From UHGV virus genome UHGV-0103738: 24,037 bases of DNA; one strand, 5' to 3'. A model generated the notes under the pieces. The model made no database searches. It had not been told where the DNA came from and saw only the letters and a list, made by a program, of their open reading frames with translations. Position numbers and translations under genes: made by a program. Source of the DNA: a virus. Shown here piece by piece: positions 1 through 8,432 of the stretch (position 1 is the first letter of the stretch; each line of letters begins with the position of its first letter).

Positions 1-1032
1 ATGGGCGGTGAGTGCTTCATTGTTTTAACCAAAGAAAACAATGAGTTAAATGTTTCTATCCTGTCTGCTGATAAGTGCGACTGGACGCTCAACCGTGAAG
101 TAAGCAAAGAACGTGCGATATATCAAGGTGTGGAGTATGACGTGAACACAATGCGCCCTGTTGCATTTTGGTTTCGTAAAATCAACCTACTGACTCAGAC
201 TTACACAGGTGATAACTATCGCGTAGATGCTTCGCAAGTATGCCATTATTATCAACCACTTGCGGCTGAATCTCTGCGTGGCGTGACTGACTTCCTGCCA
301 GTGATTAAGGATATCGCACATCAAGACGCATTCCGCGAAGCTGTACTGGTCCAGAAACGAATTTCAGCTAGTAGCATGGCGTTCATCGAGCGTCCGAAAG
401 ATTCTGGTGACGATTTTGATACTGGTGAAGATGATGAACAATATCAAGCGCCGGAAGTTATTCACGATTTCGCGCCGGGTACTATTCAGGAATTGCCGGA
501 AGGGGCAACGATCAAGAGTATTCAATCCACGCAAAGCGGCGATGATTTCAATTCATTTAACGCTGGTATGTTCACTAGCATAGCAATGGGTCTTGGCGTG
601 TTCAATCAGGGCTTAACTGGCGATACTAGCCAAATAAATTACAGCGCTGCACGCTACGGCGAATTACTTCAAAGAACGCGCGTTAAAGCACTGCAAAACA
701 AATTAATTGAAACAGTGGTATTGCCAATTTTCGAAGCGTATCTACGCCATTATTCCGCGCGTGGTATTGTTCCGATTCGTATTACGGCAATTCCGCATAT
801 TATCGAGAACACTACTATTATTCGTCCGCGTTTTGAATCCGTCGATCCAATTAAAGACGTAAACGCCGAGATTGCTTTAATTGATAAAGGACTTAAATCA
901 CGTACTGCCGTTATATTAGAACGTGGTGACGATCCTGAAAAAGTATTCTCAGAGATTCAAGCCGAAAAGAGCGCACTAAATATTATCGTTGATGGTGAGG
1001 GTGAAGAAAAAAATTCCCCAGCCGATCCCTAA
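1..1032 (+). CDS. Portal protein, probably C-terminal part (ORF is open to the window start)
   Basis: 343-codon ORF ending 47 nt upstream of the prohead protease/capsid gene, which is the usual portal position. Acidic C-terminal region. No ribosome-binding context can be assessed at position 1, so the true start may lie upstream. Confidence 0.5.
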   Translation: MGGECFIVLTKENNELNVSILSADKCDWTLNREVSKERAIYQGVEYDVNTMRPVAFWFRKINLLTQTYTGDNYRVDASQVCHYYQPLAAESLRGVTDFLPVIKDIAHQDAFREAVLVQKRISASSMAFIERPKDSGDDFDTGEDDEQYQAPEVIHDFAPGTIQELPEGATIKSIQSTQSGDDFNSFNAGMFTSIAMGLGVFNQGLTGDTSQINYSAARYGELLQRTRVKALQNKLIETVVLPIFEAYLRHYSARGIVPIRITAIPHIIENTTIIRPRFESVDPIKDVNAEIALIDKGLKSRTAVILERGDDPEKVFSEIQAEKSALNIIVDGEGEEKNSPADP

Positions 1033-1078
1033 TAACCAACGGGGGGCGCAATGCCCCCAATTAATTAAAGGTGATTAA

Positions 1079-3091
1079 ATGCTTAAATTTCGCCGCGAAC
1101 TTAACGGTTACGGTGGAGTTATTAACGAAGGGCATAACGATCAATACGAATTTGAAATTGCTTTCTCCAGTGAACAGCCTTATCAGCGCCAATTCTGGGA
1201 TGAGCAAAATCAAGAAATGGTGGTATTAGATGAAATTCTGGTACATACACCGGAAGCGGTTGATCTGTCTCGTCTGAATAATAACGCTCCGTTGCTGTTT
1301 AATCATAATTTCGATAATCATTTAGGTGTCGTTTGTAACGCTCGAATCGATGCGGATAAAGTAGGCCGTGCGACCGTTAGATTCTCTAAGCATGGCACTT
1401 TGGCTAATGATATTCGTAATAAAGTCATTGAAGGTACGATGGAAAAAATTTCTGTCGGTTATGACATTAAAGAATATCACATCGATTATGCCAAAGGACA
1501 ATTGATTGTTACTAAGTTTGTTCCTTTCGAATTAAGTTTTGTTACGGTCCCGGCGGACGATTCGGTCGGTTTAAATCGCTCTCTAAATACTATCACAGTT
1601 AATTTGGAGGCTAAACGCGATATGACTAAAGAACAAATTGAAGAAATCAAAGAAGAACAAGAATCCGCTCAGGTTGAAGAAACTCCGGTAGAAGAAAATA
1701 AAGAACCGGAAGTTGAAGAAACTCAAGAGCGCCAAGTTGAAGAGAATAAAGAAGATGAAAATCTCGAAGACGGAAAAGACGCTGAACATCCTGAAAGTGT
1801 TGATGATGATAGTTCAACTGTTCGGGAAACAGAAGAAGTAAAAGAAGAACGTGAAGCTGCTCCGGTTGAAGAAGAAAAAACCGAGGAAGTGGCTGAACGT
1901 TCCGAAGAAGACGAATTAGAAATTCGCGAAATTGCACGCGAGTTAAATATTAACGAAGACGATGAAGAATTTAAACGCGCATTGGCAAATAAAGAAATTA
2001 CGCCGGAAGCATTCCGCACTAAGGCACTAAATAACATTACCAATGCTCAACGTAATAACGAACAAATTAATAAGGAACAAATCATGGAAAAAACTTTCGA
2101 TCTTAATAACGTAATCCGCTCCCTGGTAGATGGCGACGTGCTCGGCGCTAACGAAGCTGAATATTCCGCAATGGCTGCTACTGCAACTATGCAGCGTGGT
2201 CGTGCTGCTCGTGGTGGCTCTGTATTCGTTCCGGCTGCTGCTATGCGTGCTGCTGCTGATGGCAACACCAAAGCTAATCTGGTTGCTATCACTGACGAAA
2301 AACTGATGACTGAATCCTACATCGAAATGCTGTTGCCTCAGAGTGTTTTAGGCCGCCTCGGGGTGACTGTTTATAGTGGCTTGACTTCTCCGACCGCTAT
2401 TCCAAAAATGACTAAATCCAGCGTTGACGCTTTCGGATTCGTTGACGAAAATGGCGCTGCCCCCGAGTCACATGCGGAATTTTCGAACGTGAAACTGTCT
2501 CCGAAAACTTTTGCTGGTGGCAACCCGATCAGCCGTCAGTCGCTGAAAACCGTTCCGGGCATCGCTACCCTGATCACCGATCACATTAACAAATCTGTTC
2601 GGATCAAACTGGAACAACTGATTCTGTCTGATAAAGAAAATGCTCGTGGTCCGGCTGGTCTGGTTAAGCAACTGGTAGACGCTAGCCGCGTTACCAAGAA
2701 AGCTGCTTTCTCTTATAAAGACTTCCTGAAAGAAATTGCAGCACTGACTGACGCTGGCGTTCCTGCTCAGGCGATCAAGTTTGCGATGAGCGGTGCAACT
2801 GCTGCTGAACTGGAATCTACCCTGAAAGATAACGGCGTTTCCGGTTATATCATCGAAAACGGCAAACTGGCTGGTTACGAAGTAGTTACTTCTGGCGTTA
2901 TTCCGGCAGACCACATCGTTCTGGGTGACTTCTCCGGTATTACTATCGGTGAGTGGGGCGGTCTGGAACTGGATATGGATCTAACTACATACCGTGATCG
3001 TGGTGCGGTAGTGCCTCGTATCTTTGTAGATTTGGACTACGTTGTAGCACAGCCGGAAGCTCTGAAAGTTCTTCACATCTCCGCTGAATGA
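1079..3091 (+). CDS. Prohead protease / acidic scaffold-like linker / major capsid protein encoded in one reading frame (670 aa)
   Basis: Shine-Dalgarno AAAGGTGA at 1067-1074, ATG at 1079. N-terminal ~170 aa carry HK97-family prohead protease-like motifs (ISVGY, ELSFVTVPADD). A Glu/Lys-rich low-complexity segment spans ~1620-2080. The C-terminal ~335 codons switch to codons typical of highly expressed genes (ctg, cgt, ggt, gct, ttc), as expected for a major capsid protein. Stop is TGA at 3089-3091. Confidence 0.8.
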   Translation: MLKFRRELNGYGGVINEGHNDQYEFEIAFSSEQPYQRQFWDEQNQEMVVLDEILVHTPEAVDLSRLNNNAPLLFNHNFDNHLGVVCNARIDADKVGRATVRFSKHGTLANDIRNKVIEGTMEKISVGYDIKEYHIDYAKGQLIVTKFVPFELSFVTVPADDSVGLNRSLNTITVNLEAKRDMTKEQIEEIKEEQESAQVEETPVEENKEPEVEETQERQVEENKEDENLEDGKDAEHPESVDDDSSTVRETEEVKEEREAAPVEEEKTEEVAERSEEDELEIREIARELNINEDDEEFKRALANKEITPEAFRTKALNNITNAQRNNEQINKEQIMEKTFDLNNVIRSLVDGDVLGANEAEYSAMAATATMQRGRAARGGSVFVPAAAMRAAADGNTKANLVAITDEKLMTESYIEMLLPQSVLGRLGVTVYSGLTSPTAIPKMTKSSVDAFGFVDENGAAPESHAEFSNVKLSPKTFAGGNPISRQSLKTVPGIATLITDHINKSVRIKLEQLILSDKENARGPAGLVKQLVDASRVTKKAAFSYKDFLKEIAALTDAGVPAQAIKFAMSGATAAELESTLKDNGVSGYIIENGKLAGYEVVTSGVIPADHIVLGDFSGITIGEWGGLELDMDLTTYRDRGAVVPRIFVDLDYVVAQPEALKVLHISAE

Positions 3092-3217
3092 ACTCCTGTA
3101 GAACCATCTGAACCTTCCCCCGATTTGGGGGAAGAAAATCTGATTCCTGAACCGGAAGAAGAATCCCAGACGGTTAAGGCGAAAGCCACAGCTAAAAAAC
3201 AGCGTAAAACTAAAGAA
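3092..3217 (+). other. Putative in-frame TGA read-through extension of the capsid protein (42 codons, TAA at 3218-3220)
   Basis: The frame stays open for 42 codons after the TGA, encoding TPVEPSEPSPDLGEENLIPEPEEESQTVKAKATAKKQRKTKE. It ends 5 nt before a terminator hairpin. A parallel arrangement follows the tail tube gene. Confidence 0.45.
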
Positions 3218-3225
3218 TAATAATT

Positions 3226-3252
3226 AGCCCTGCCTAACGGTGGGGCTTTTTT
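3226..3252 (+). terminator. Rho-independent terminator after the capsid gene
   Basis: Stem AGCCCTGCC / GGTGGGGCT (9 bp, two G-U pairs), loop TAAC, followed by a T-run. Near-identical to the hairpin at 9094-9121. Confidence 0.75.
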
Positions 3253-3282
3253 GTATGTAAATACTCCATAAAGGGGGTAACT

Positions 3283-3573
3283 ATGTTCAAATTATCAGAA
3301 TCACAATTAAATCGAATGTTTAAAAGTGCTCCTGTATTTTCGGTGGAAGGTGGTAAATCAATTCGTGCTTATCATGAAATTACCACTACCGACGAACAAG
3401 GGGTAATTACAGAATCAGAATTTCTATTTTGTCGTGAGGGAGACTTAAATCAGGGTGATGTTGTCATTGTAGACGGTGAACGCTTCAAAGTTCAATACGT
3501 TAAGCGCAATGGTGATAATACTTCTGATTGCTTTATTGCTCGTGCAGGGGGTACACATGCTCGCTACCGTTAA
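3283..3573 (+). CDS. Hypothetical virion protein (head-tail connector or head completion candidate, 96 aa)
   Basis: SD AAAGGGGGTAA directly upstream of ATG 3283. Sits between the capsid and tail genes. No recognisable motif. Confidence 0.5.
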   Translation: MFKLSESQLNRMFKSAPVFSVEGGKSIRAYHEITTTDEQGVITESEFLFCREGDLNQGDVVIVDGERFKVQYVKRNGDNTSDCFIARAGGTHARYR

Positions 3574-3577
3574 TAAT

Positions 3578-3979
3578 ATGCCTAGACTGAAAATCAAACG
3601 CGCCTTGCAGGATATTATCGAACAAGATTTAGGTCTGGCTTTAAACGTAGAACAAACTCAGCAAGGCTTTAGTGATGACGTGGTTTGTTGGATTACCGGA
3701 ATGAATGAGACTTACAATAGGGTCCGTGGTGGTAATGCAATGCAAGCTGAATGCGTTATCGAAATGCAGTTGTATTCTCAGAATCATGAAACCAAAATTC
3801 ATGAGGGTATTTGCCAGATAATCCAGATTCAGCCGGATAATCCACGTTTTAAAGATTTGGGCTTCTCTATTTCAGATATCACTCCAGTAGCTTCTAATAC
3901 CGATTATGACGATGATTCTAGTGATGGGGGTATCGTTGGGACACTTAGCCTTAAATTTTCTTATCTAGCGCGTTTTTAA
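3578..3979 (+). CDS. Hypothetical virion protein (133 aa; start chosen at ATG 3578 rather than the track start 3476)
   Basis: Same frame as track ORF 3476..3979. ATG 3578 lies 4 nt after the upstream TAA (TAATAATATG), consistent with translational coupling. The longer version would overlap the upstream gene by ~100 nt. Confidence 0.45.
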   Translation: MPRLKIKRALQDIIEQDLGLALNVEQTQQGFSDDVVCWITGMNETYNRVRGGNAMQAECVIEMQLYSQNHETKIHEGICQIIQIQPDNPRFKDLGFSISDITPVASNTDYDDDSSDGGIVGTLSLKFSYLARF

Positions 3980-3988
3980 GGGGTAATA

Positions 3989-4822
3989 ATGAATATTACA
4001 CAAGATAACTTAGATATTTTCACGGGGTCACATGTTGAAGTGTCGATCTCTAACCAGATAGACAATCAGGTCGACTTTTTCGATCCTAGCTTTAGTTCCA
4101 TCGAGAACGTTGCAGCATTTCCTACGCTAACCGAATCCACAGAGATAGAAACTCTGGAAGAGTACGATCAGGACGCTACGGGGAAACTTGCTGGTTATCG
4201 TAGACTGGAACCGACAACACTCACGTTAAACCGTGTTCTGGATGACGAACATCAAGCAATGTTGATGAAAGCGGTAGAGGATAAAACACCTTTACGCTTC
4301 CGTATGTTCTATGTTGTGAACTCTGGCTATAGTGCTGCTAACACTGGTTACTATGTCATCTATGATGCTTACGTCACATCACACAAAACCCGTGGTAGTG
4401 ATAACAAAGCTGTAACACTGGAATTTAAACTTGAACCAGATGGCGGGATTTTGGATCGCGGTATTGCAACGGAGGGTCGTCTTCTCCGTCGCGGGGATTA
4501 TGGCGTAGGTGCAGGTGTACATCCATTCACAGGTCCGATTGATAGTGATGCTTTAGCCGGAAACCGTTTCGTAACTTACAAGGGAACTGCTAGCGGTAAT
4601 CCATATTCAGCCGACACATCATTAATTCACCTTCAAGCTAATGAGCATGGCGCATGGCAATTAACCTGTAATACTTCTGGCGCACCACGTTTACGCGTCC
4701 GAAATATTCAGGAAAACGGTCGCTCTGAATGGATCAAGGTATATTCCACCAATGAGAAACCGACACCTAGCGAAATTGGCGCAGTGGCTAAGACTGACCG
4801 GATCGATTTCGGCGAATACTAA
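3989..4822 (+). CDS. Tail-tube-like paralogue with a C-terminal domain carrying a tail-fibre motif (277 aa)
   Basis: SD AAGGGGTAA. N-terminal ~150 aa align by eye with the 157-aa tail tube protein (DIFTG..., AAFPTLTESTEIETLEEY vs AGFPETGIERGTVEVKSF, LRFRMFYVV vs IQIKVEYYV). The C-terminus has KVYSTNEKPTPSEIGAVAKTD, matching KMYHEGDKPTPGEIGAYTKAE in the fibre gene. Confidence 0.6.
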   Translation: MNITQDNLDIFTGSHVEVSISNQIDNQVDFFDPSFSSIENVAAFPTLTESTEIETLEEYDQDATGKLAGYRRLEPTTLTLNRVLDDEHQAMLMKAVEDKTPLRFRMFYVVNSGYSAANTGYYVIYDAYVTSHKTRGSDNKAVTLEFKLEPDGGILDRGIATEGRLLRRGDYGVGAGVHPFTGPIDSDALAGNRFVTYKGTASGNPYSADTSLIHLQANEHGAWQLTCNTSGAPRLRVRNIQENGRSEWIKVYSTNEKPTPSEIGAVAKTDRIDFGEY

Positions 4823-4854
4823 GGATTCTCCTACCTAAATAAAACATGAACGCT

Positions 4855-4885
4855 GGGAGGTTAACGCCTCCCTTATTCCTGTTTT
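4855..4885 (+). terminator. Terminator-like hairpin after the tube-like paralogue
   Basis: Stem GGGAGG / CCTCCC with loop TTAACG, followed by a T-rich tract (TTATTCCTGTTTTA). Confidence 0.4.
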
Positions 4886-4901
4886 ATAGTGAGGTGATTC
4901 G

Positions 4902-7900
4902 ATGCAGTCGATCCAATTTAAACGCACACAAACGGCTGGTAAAAAACCAACGCCGGAACAATTATCACAGGGCGAGATCGCCTTACAACTGGCGGACCAT
5001 GTGATTTACACCAAAGATAAAAATAATAACGTAGTCCAAATTAGTGTTTCTCCAGAAAAACACGCTGAACTGAATACGAAAGTAGACACCAACAAGGTCA
5101 ACACAGATAAAGTCATTTCAGCAAATAAAACCGAAGCCGCTAATAATCTGGCTACGGCTAAAGCTGAACTTAATCAGACTATCACTTCTACCCGTGATAC
5201 TCTCAATGCTTCAATCACTGCTGGCGATACCGCAGCCAACAAGCGAATTGATGCTTTGACTACCACAGTAGGTAACAATAAAACCGAAGCGGCTAACGCT
5301 CTGGCGGCTGCTAAGACTGAACTGAATCAGACTATTACTTCAACCCGCGATACTATCAACGCGACAATTAACAAGAACAAGACAGATATTAATGCGCGAG
5401 TTGATCAGACGAATACCAACGTTACCAACTTAACGAATACTGTCGCAGCAAATAAATCAGCAATAGAAAAGACGGTAGCGGATAATAAGAAAGATGCGGA
5501 CACGAAGATCACCAATCTTACTAGTACGGTCTCTGCGAATAAGACAGCCATTGAAAGAACTGTTGCAAATAACAAGGCCAGTGCCGATGCCGCAATTGCC
5601 GCAGCTAACCAGCGAATTGATTCTATTGAAGGTAGTGCCGATGCTGCTTACATCAAGAAGAATACCAATACTAAGCATGGTGGGTATCTGTTAAGCAAGA
5701 CAGCTAACTATTTGGAAGACCAGACAGCGAGAGATCTTAACTACTTTGGTGCTTTCCGTACCAATGGTCAAGATGGACTCATGGATCTAACTCTTAATGT
5801 TCCTCATTCTGCCGGTAAAGCGCACGGTCGCGGATTTACTTTCCGTTATGCGTCTGGTGGATCTCGTGTTGAAACCTATGGTTTTGATAGAGAAGGACAG
5901 AAGAACTTTAGCTATAAGATGTATCACGAAGGTGATAAGCCGACTCCTGGCGAGATTGGCGCATACACCAAAGCCGAAGTTGATAAGATGTTTGTTAAAA
6001 ACGTCGTTATGTCTGTTCCCAATTCTAGCGAAAACGTATCTGCATATTTCAAATTGGCAACCGCAACAATTCCACAAAACGGGCGTAGTGTGTTTTTCCG
6101 TATTCATGGTGGTAATGGTTACAACGTTACGGCATATGATCAGGTTGACGTAGTAGAAATTCTTCTGCGTAGTGGTAACGATAGACCTAAAGGTCTTAAC
6201 GTAATTGCATACCGTAGAAATACAAACAAAGATTTTGAGGTATTTGCTGTCAATACTTCCGGTGATAACTATGATATCTACGTGAAATATCAGCGTTATA
6301 CCGATAACGTTATTGTCGAATATGGGAAATCTGTTTATGTAAGTTTGACGGTTTATGATACGCCGGAAGCCACGTTAATTAAACCTTCCGTTGGTGTTAT
6401 CGGTGGTCGCAACGTAACTCTTTTTAATACTGAAAATAAACGTGGTGTGTTAAGTTTTGATGATAACACACAAAACAGCTATGACATTGTTCACTTGAGT
6501 AACGATAAAGGTACTGGACGGAAATATATTCGTAAATTCCGTAGCAACTATAACGAAATGGTTTGGCATGAAACCGTTCAGGGTGCTGTATATCGTCTTG
6601 CTACCGGTGCTACAGATTCTACAGAAGTTATTAGAATTGATTCTAATAGTGCAATACCGGGTAATTATAAAGGATATGTAATTACTGGTAAAATGGAATT
6701 GCACGGTAGTGGTAATGCGATGACTTTACATCGCCAGACTGGTCAAGCTGCATATATGGCGTGGTGGGATCGTCGTGATGGTAAAAACCAACGTAGTGGT
6801 TATATCGGTCATGCGGATGGTACTAGTGATGGTTTTGTGTGGCGTAATGATGTTGGTGCTAACTCATTTGATTTGGAAGGTAGTGGACAAGTAAATTTGA
6901 CTACAGGAAAAACAAAAATTGTATATACCAATGGTCAATATTATTCCGCTAACGCTGATGCATTCCGTATGATTTACGGTAAGTATGGTGCATTCTGGCG
7001 AAATGATGGTGGTAAAGTTTATCTGTTGTCTACTGCCGAAAATGATAGATTTGGTGGTTGGAACGGAAACCGACCATTCATTTACGATTTGACTAACGGT
7101 AAAGTTACTTTAGGTGGTGATGGTAACGAAGGCGCATTAGTTCTCGAAAGAGATAGCCGTGCTGCTCGATTTGCTGGCGATACATATATCGAGAAAGGGT
7201 TTTTAACCTTCTCTGCTGGGAGAAGCGGATCTCGTGATTATATTCGATTTAATCATTGGGGTGATAGTAATAATGCCCGTGATAACGTTTTGTACCTAGA
7301 AGATAGTCAAGGTAGACATTTTAGCACAGAGCGTGCGATGGGTACTGGTGCTCTTAAAGCAAACTTCTTAGGCGATCTTGAAGTTGGTGGTAAGTTTACT
7401 TGGGGTAAAAATACAGCTACATCCAGCTTTAATATTCGTGCTTGGGGTAACGATAGTCGTAAACAAGTATTAGAATGTGGTGATGAAAGTGGTTGGCATT
7501 GGTATACCCAACGTCCGGGCGGTCCGGGTACTACGGCAATTGAGTTTGCCATCAACGGTACTGTTAAGCCTCAAGCAATTCACACTGGCGGTAATATCAC
7601 GCTTAACGGTGCTGATATTGAATTTCGTCGCACTGGTAATAAGCATATCTGGTTTAGAGATCCAACTGGATTAGAACTAGGTTTGATGTATTCTGATGAT
7701 GCTGGTGTTATTCGCTTCCGTGGTCAGAAACAAGCCCAGACGTGGAAACTTGCGGATAAGATGATTCATCTTGAATCTGGTAGCGTCGGCGGATCTGATA
7801 AAGGTTTGATTCGTGGTAACGTTTCTGGTGGTAGCTGGTCTAGTTGGCGCGATCGTGCATCCGGCTTGCAAGTTGATTGCCCTCAATCAACCGATTCCGC

Positions 7901-8432
7901 TCATAACATCTGGAAAGCTACTCATTGGGGTAAATATCACATTGCAGCAATGGGTGTACACGTTCCTAGCGGTACTATCGGTAACGCTCTTGTTCGTCTG
8001 CATGTTAACGATACTAACTTTGACTTTAACGCTGCTGGTGACTTTACCGCAGGTCGTAACGGTAGCTTTAACGATGTTTACATTCGCTCTGACTCCCGTT
8101 TGAAGATTAACAAGGAAGAATTACAGGACGGTGCATTAGAGAAAGTAAACTCACTGAAAGTCTACACCTACGATAAAGTTAAATCTCTTTCCGATGACAC
8201 GGTGATTAAACGCGAAGTAGGTATTATTGCTCAGGATCTGGAAAAAGTATTGCCGGAAGCAGTAGGTATTCAATCCACCGAAGATCCAGAAAATCCAGAA
8301 GCAATCAAGACTATTTCTAACTCTGCTGTCAATGCTTTAATCATCAAGGCTATGCAGGAAATGGACGCCAAATATAAAGCACAGATCGAAGCATTACAGA
8401 AAGAAATTGCCGAACTGAAAGCAACTAAATAA
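4902..8432 (+). CDS. Side (L-shaped type) tail fibre with a C-terminal intramolecular chaperone / self-cleaving domain (1176 aa)
   Basis: SD GAGGTGA. N-terminal fibre-type motifs, a repeat-rich N/T/A shaft with 51-aa repeats, and a long Gly-rich beta region. The C-terminal ~114 aa begin RSDSRLKINKEE and end in a coiled coil, as in peptidase S74-type chaperone domains of phage fibres and endosialidases (Ser/Lys spacing S1063/K1068). Confidence 0.8.
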   Translation: MQSIQFKRTQTAGKKPTPEQLSQGEIALQLADHVIYTKDKNNNVVQISVSPEKHAELNTKVDTNKVNTDKVISANKTEAANNLATAKAELNQTITSTRDTLNASITAGDTAANKRIDALTTTVGNNKTEAANALAAAKTELNQTITSTRDTINATINKNKTDINARVDQTNTNVTNLTNTVAANKSAIEKTVADNKKDADTKITNLTSTVSANKTAIERTVANNKASADAAIAAANQRIDSIEGSADAAYIKKNTNTKHGGYLLSKTANYLEDQTARDLNYFGAFRTNGQDGLMDLTLNVPHSAGKAHGRGFTFRYASGGSRVETYGFDREGQKNFSYKMYHEGDKPTPGEIGAYTKAEVDKMFVKNVVMSVPNSSENVSAYFKLATATIPQNGRSVFFRIHGGNGYNVTAYDQVDVVEILLRSGNDRPKGLNVIAYRRNTNKDFEVFAVNTSGDNYDIYVKYQRYTDNVIVEYGKSVYVSLTVYDTPEATLIKPSVGVIGGRNVTLFNTENKRGVLSFDDNTQNSYDIVHLSNDKGTGRKYIRKFRSNYNEMVWHETVQGAVYRLATGATDSTEVIRIDSNSAIPGNYKGYVITGKMELHGSGNAMTLHRQTGQAAYMAWWDRRDGKNQRSGYIGHADGTSDGFVWRNDVGANSFDLEGSGQVNLTTGKTKIVYTNGQYYSANADAFRMIYGKYGAFWRNDGGKVYLLSTAENDRFGGWNGNRPFIYDLTNGKVTLGGDGNEGALVLERDSRAARFAGDTYIEKGFLTFSAGRSGSRDYIRFNHWGDSNNARDNVLYLEDSQGRHFSTERAMGTGALKANFLGDLEVGGKFTWGKNTATSSFNIRAWGNDSRKQVLECGDESGWHWYTQRPGGPGTTAIEFAINGTVKPQAIHTGGNITLNGADIEFRRTGNKHIWFRDPTGLELGLMYSDDAGVIRFRGQKQAQTWKLADKMIHLESGSVGGSDKGLIRGNVSGGSWSSWRDRASGLQVDCPQSTDSAHNIWKATHWGKYHIAAMGVHVPSGTIGNALVRLHVNDTNFDFNAAGDFTAGRNGSFNDVYIRSDSRLKINKEELQDGALEKVNSLKVYTYDKVKSLSDDTVIKREVGIIAQDLEKVLPEAVGIQSTEDPENPEAIKTISNSAVNALIIKAMQEMDAKYKAQIEALQKEIAELKATK
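5124..5429 (+). repeat. Two tandem 153-nt (51-codon) repeat units inside the fibre shaft
   Basis: AATAAAACCGAAGC(C/G)GCTAA...CTGAA(C/T)T(T/G)AATCAGACTAT(C/T)ACTTC recurs at 5124 and 5277. Protein units are NKTEAANNLATAKAELNQTITSTRDT... and NKTEAANALAAAKTELNQTITSTRDT... Confidence 0.7.

Noticed and set aside
1042-1058. GC-rich hairpin (GGGGGC-GCAAT-GCCCCC) between the portal and protease genes
   Set aside because: Not called a terminator because no T-run follows on either strand. It may be a processing or pause site but I cannot support a function.
1583-2292. Four – strand ORFs (1583..1789, 1647..1937, 1723..2043, 2047..2292) inside the protease-capsid gene
   Set aside because: Low-complexity shadow ORFs antisense to the Glu/Lys-rich and Ala-rich coding segments. 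No SD, and fully contained within a well-supported gene.
5457-8103. Multiple short ORFs on both strands inside the fibre gene (for example 5457..5678 -, 5797..6153 +, 7813..8103 +)
   Set aside because: Embedded in a long, well-supported ORF, with no ribosome-binding sites and atypical composition. Typical out-of-frame artefacts.
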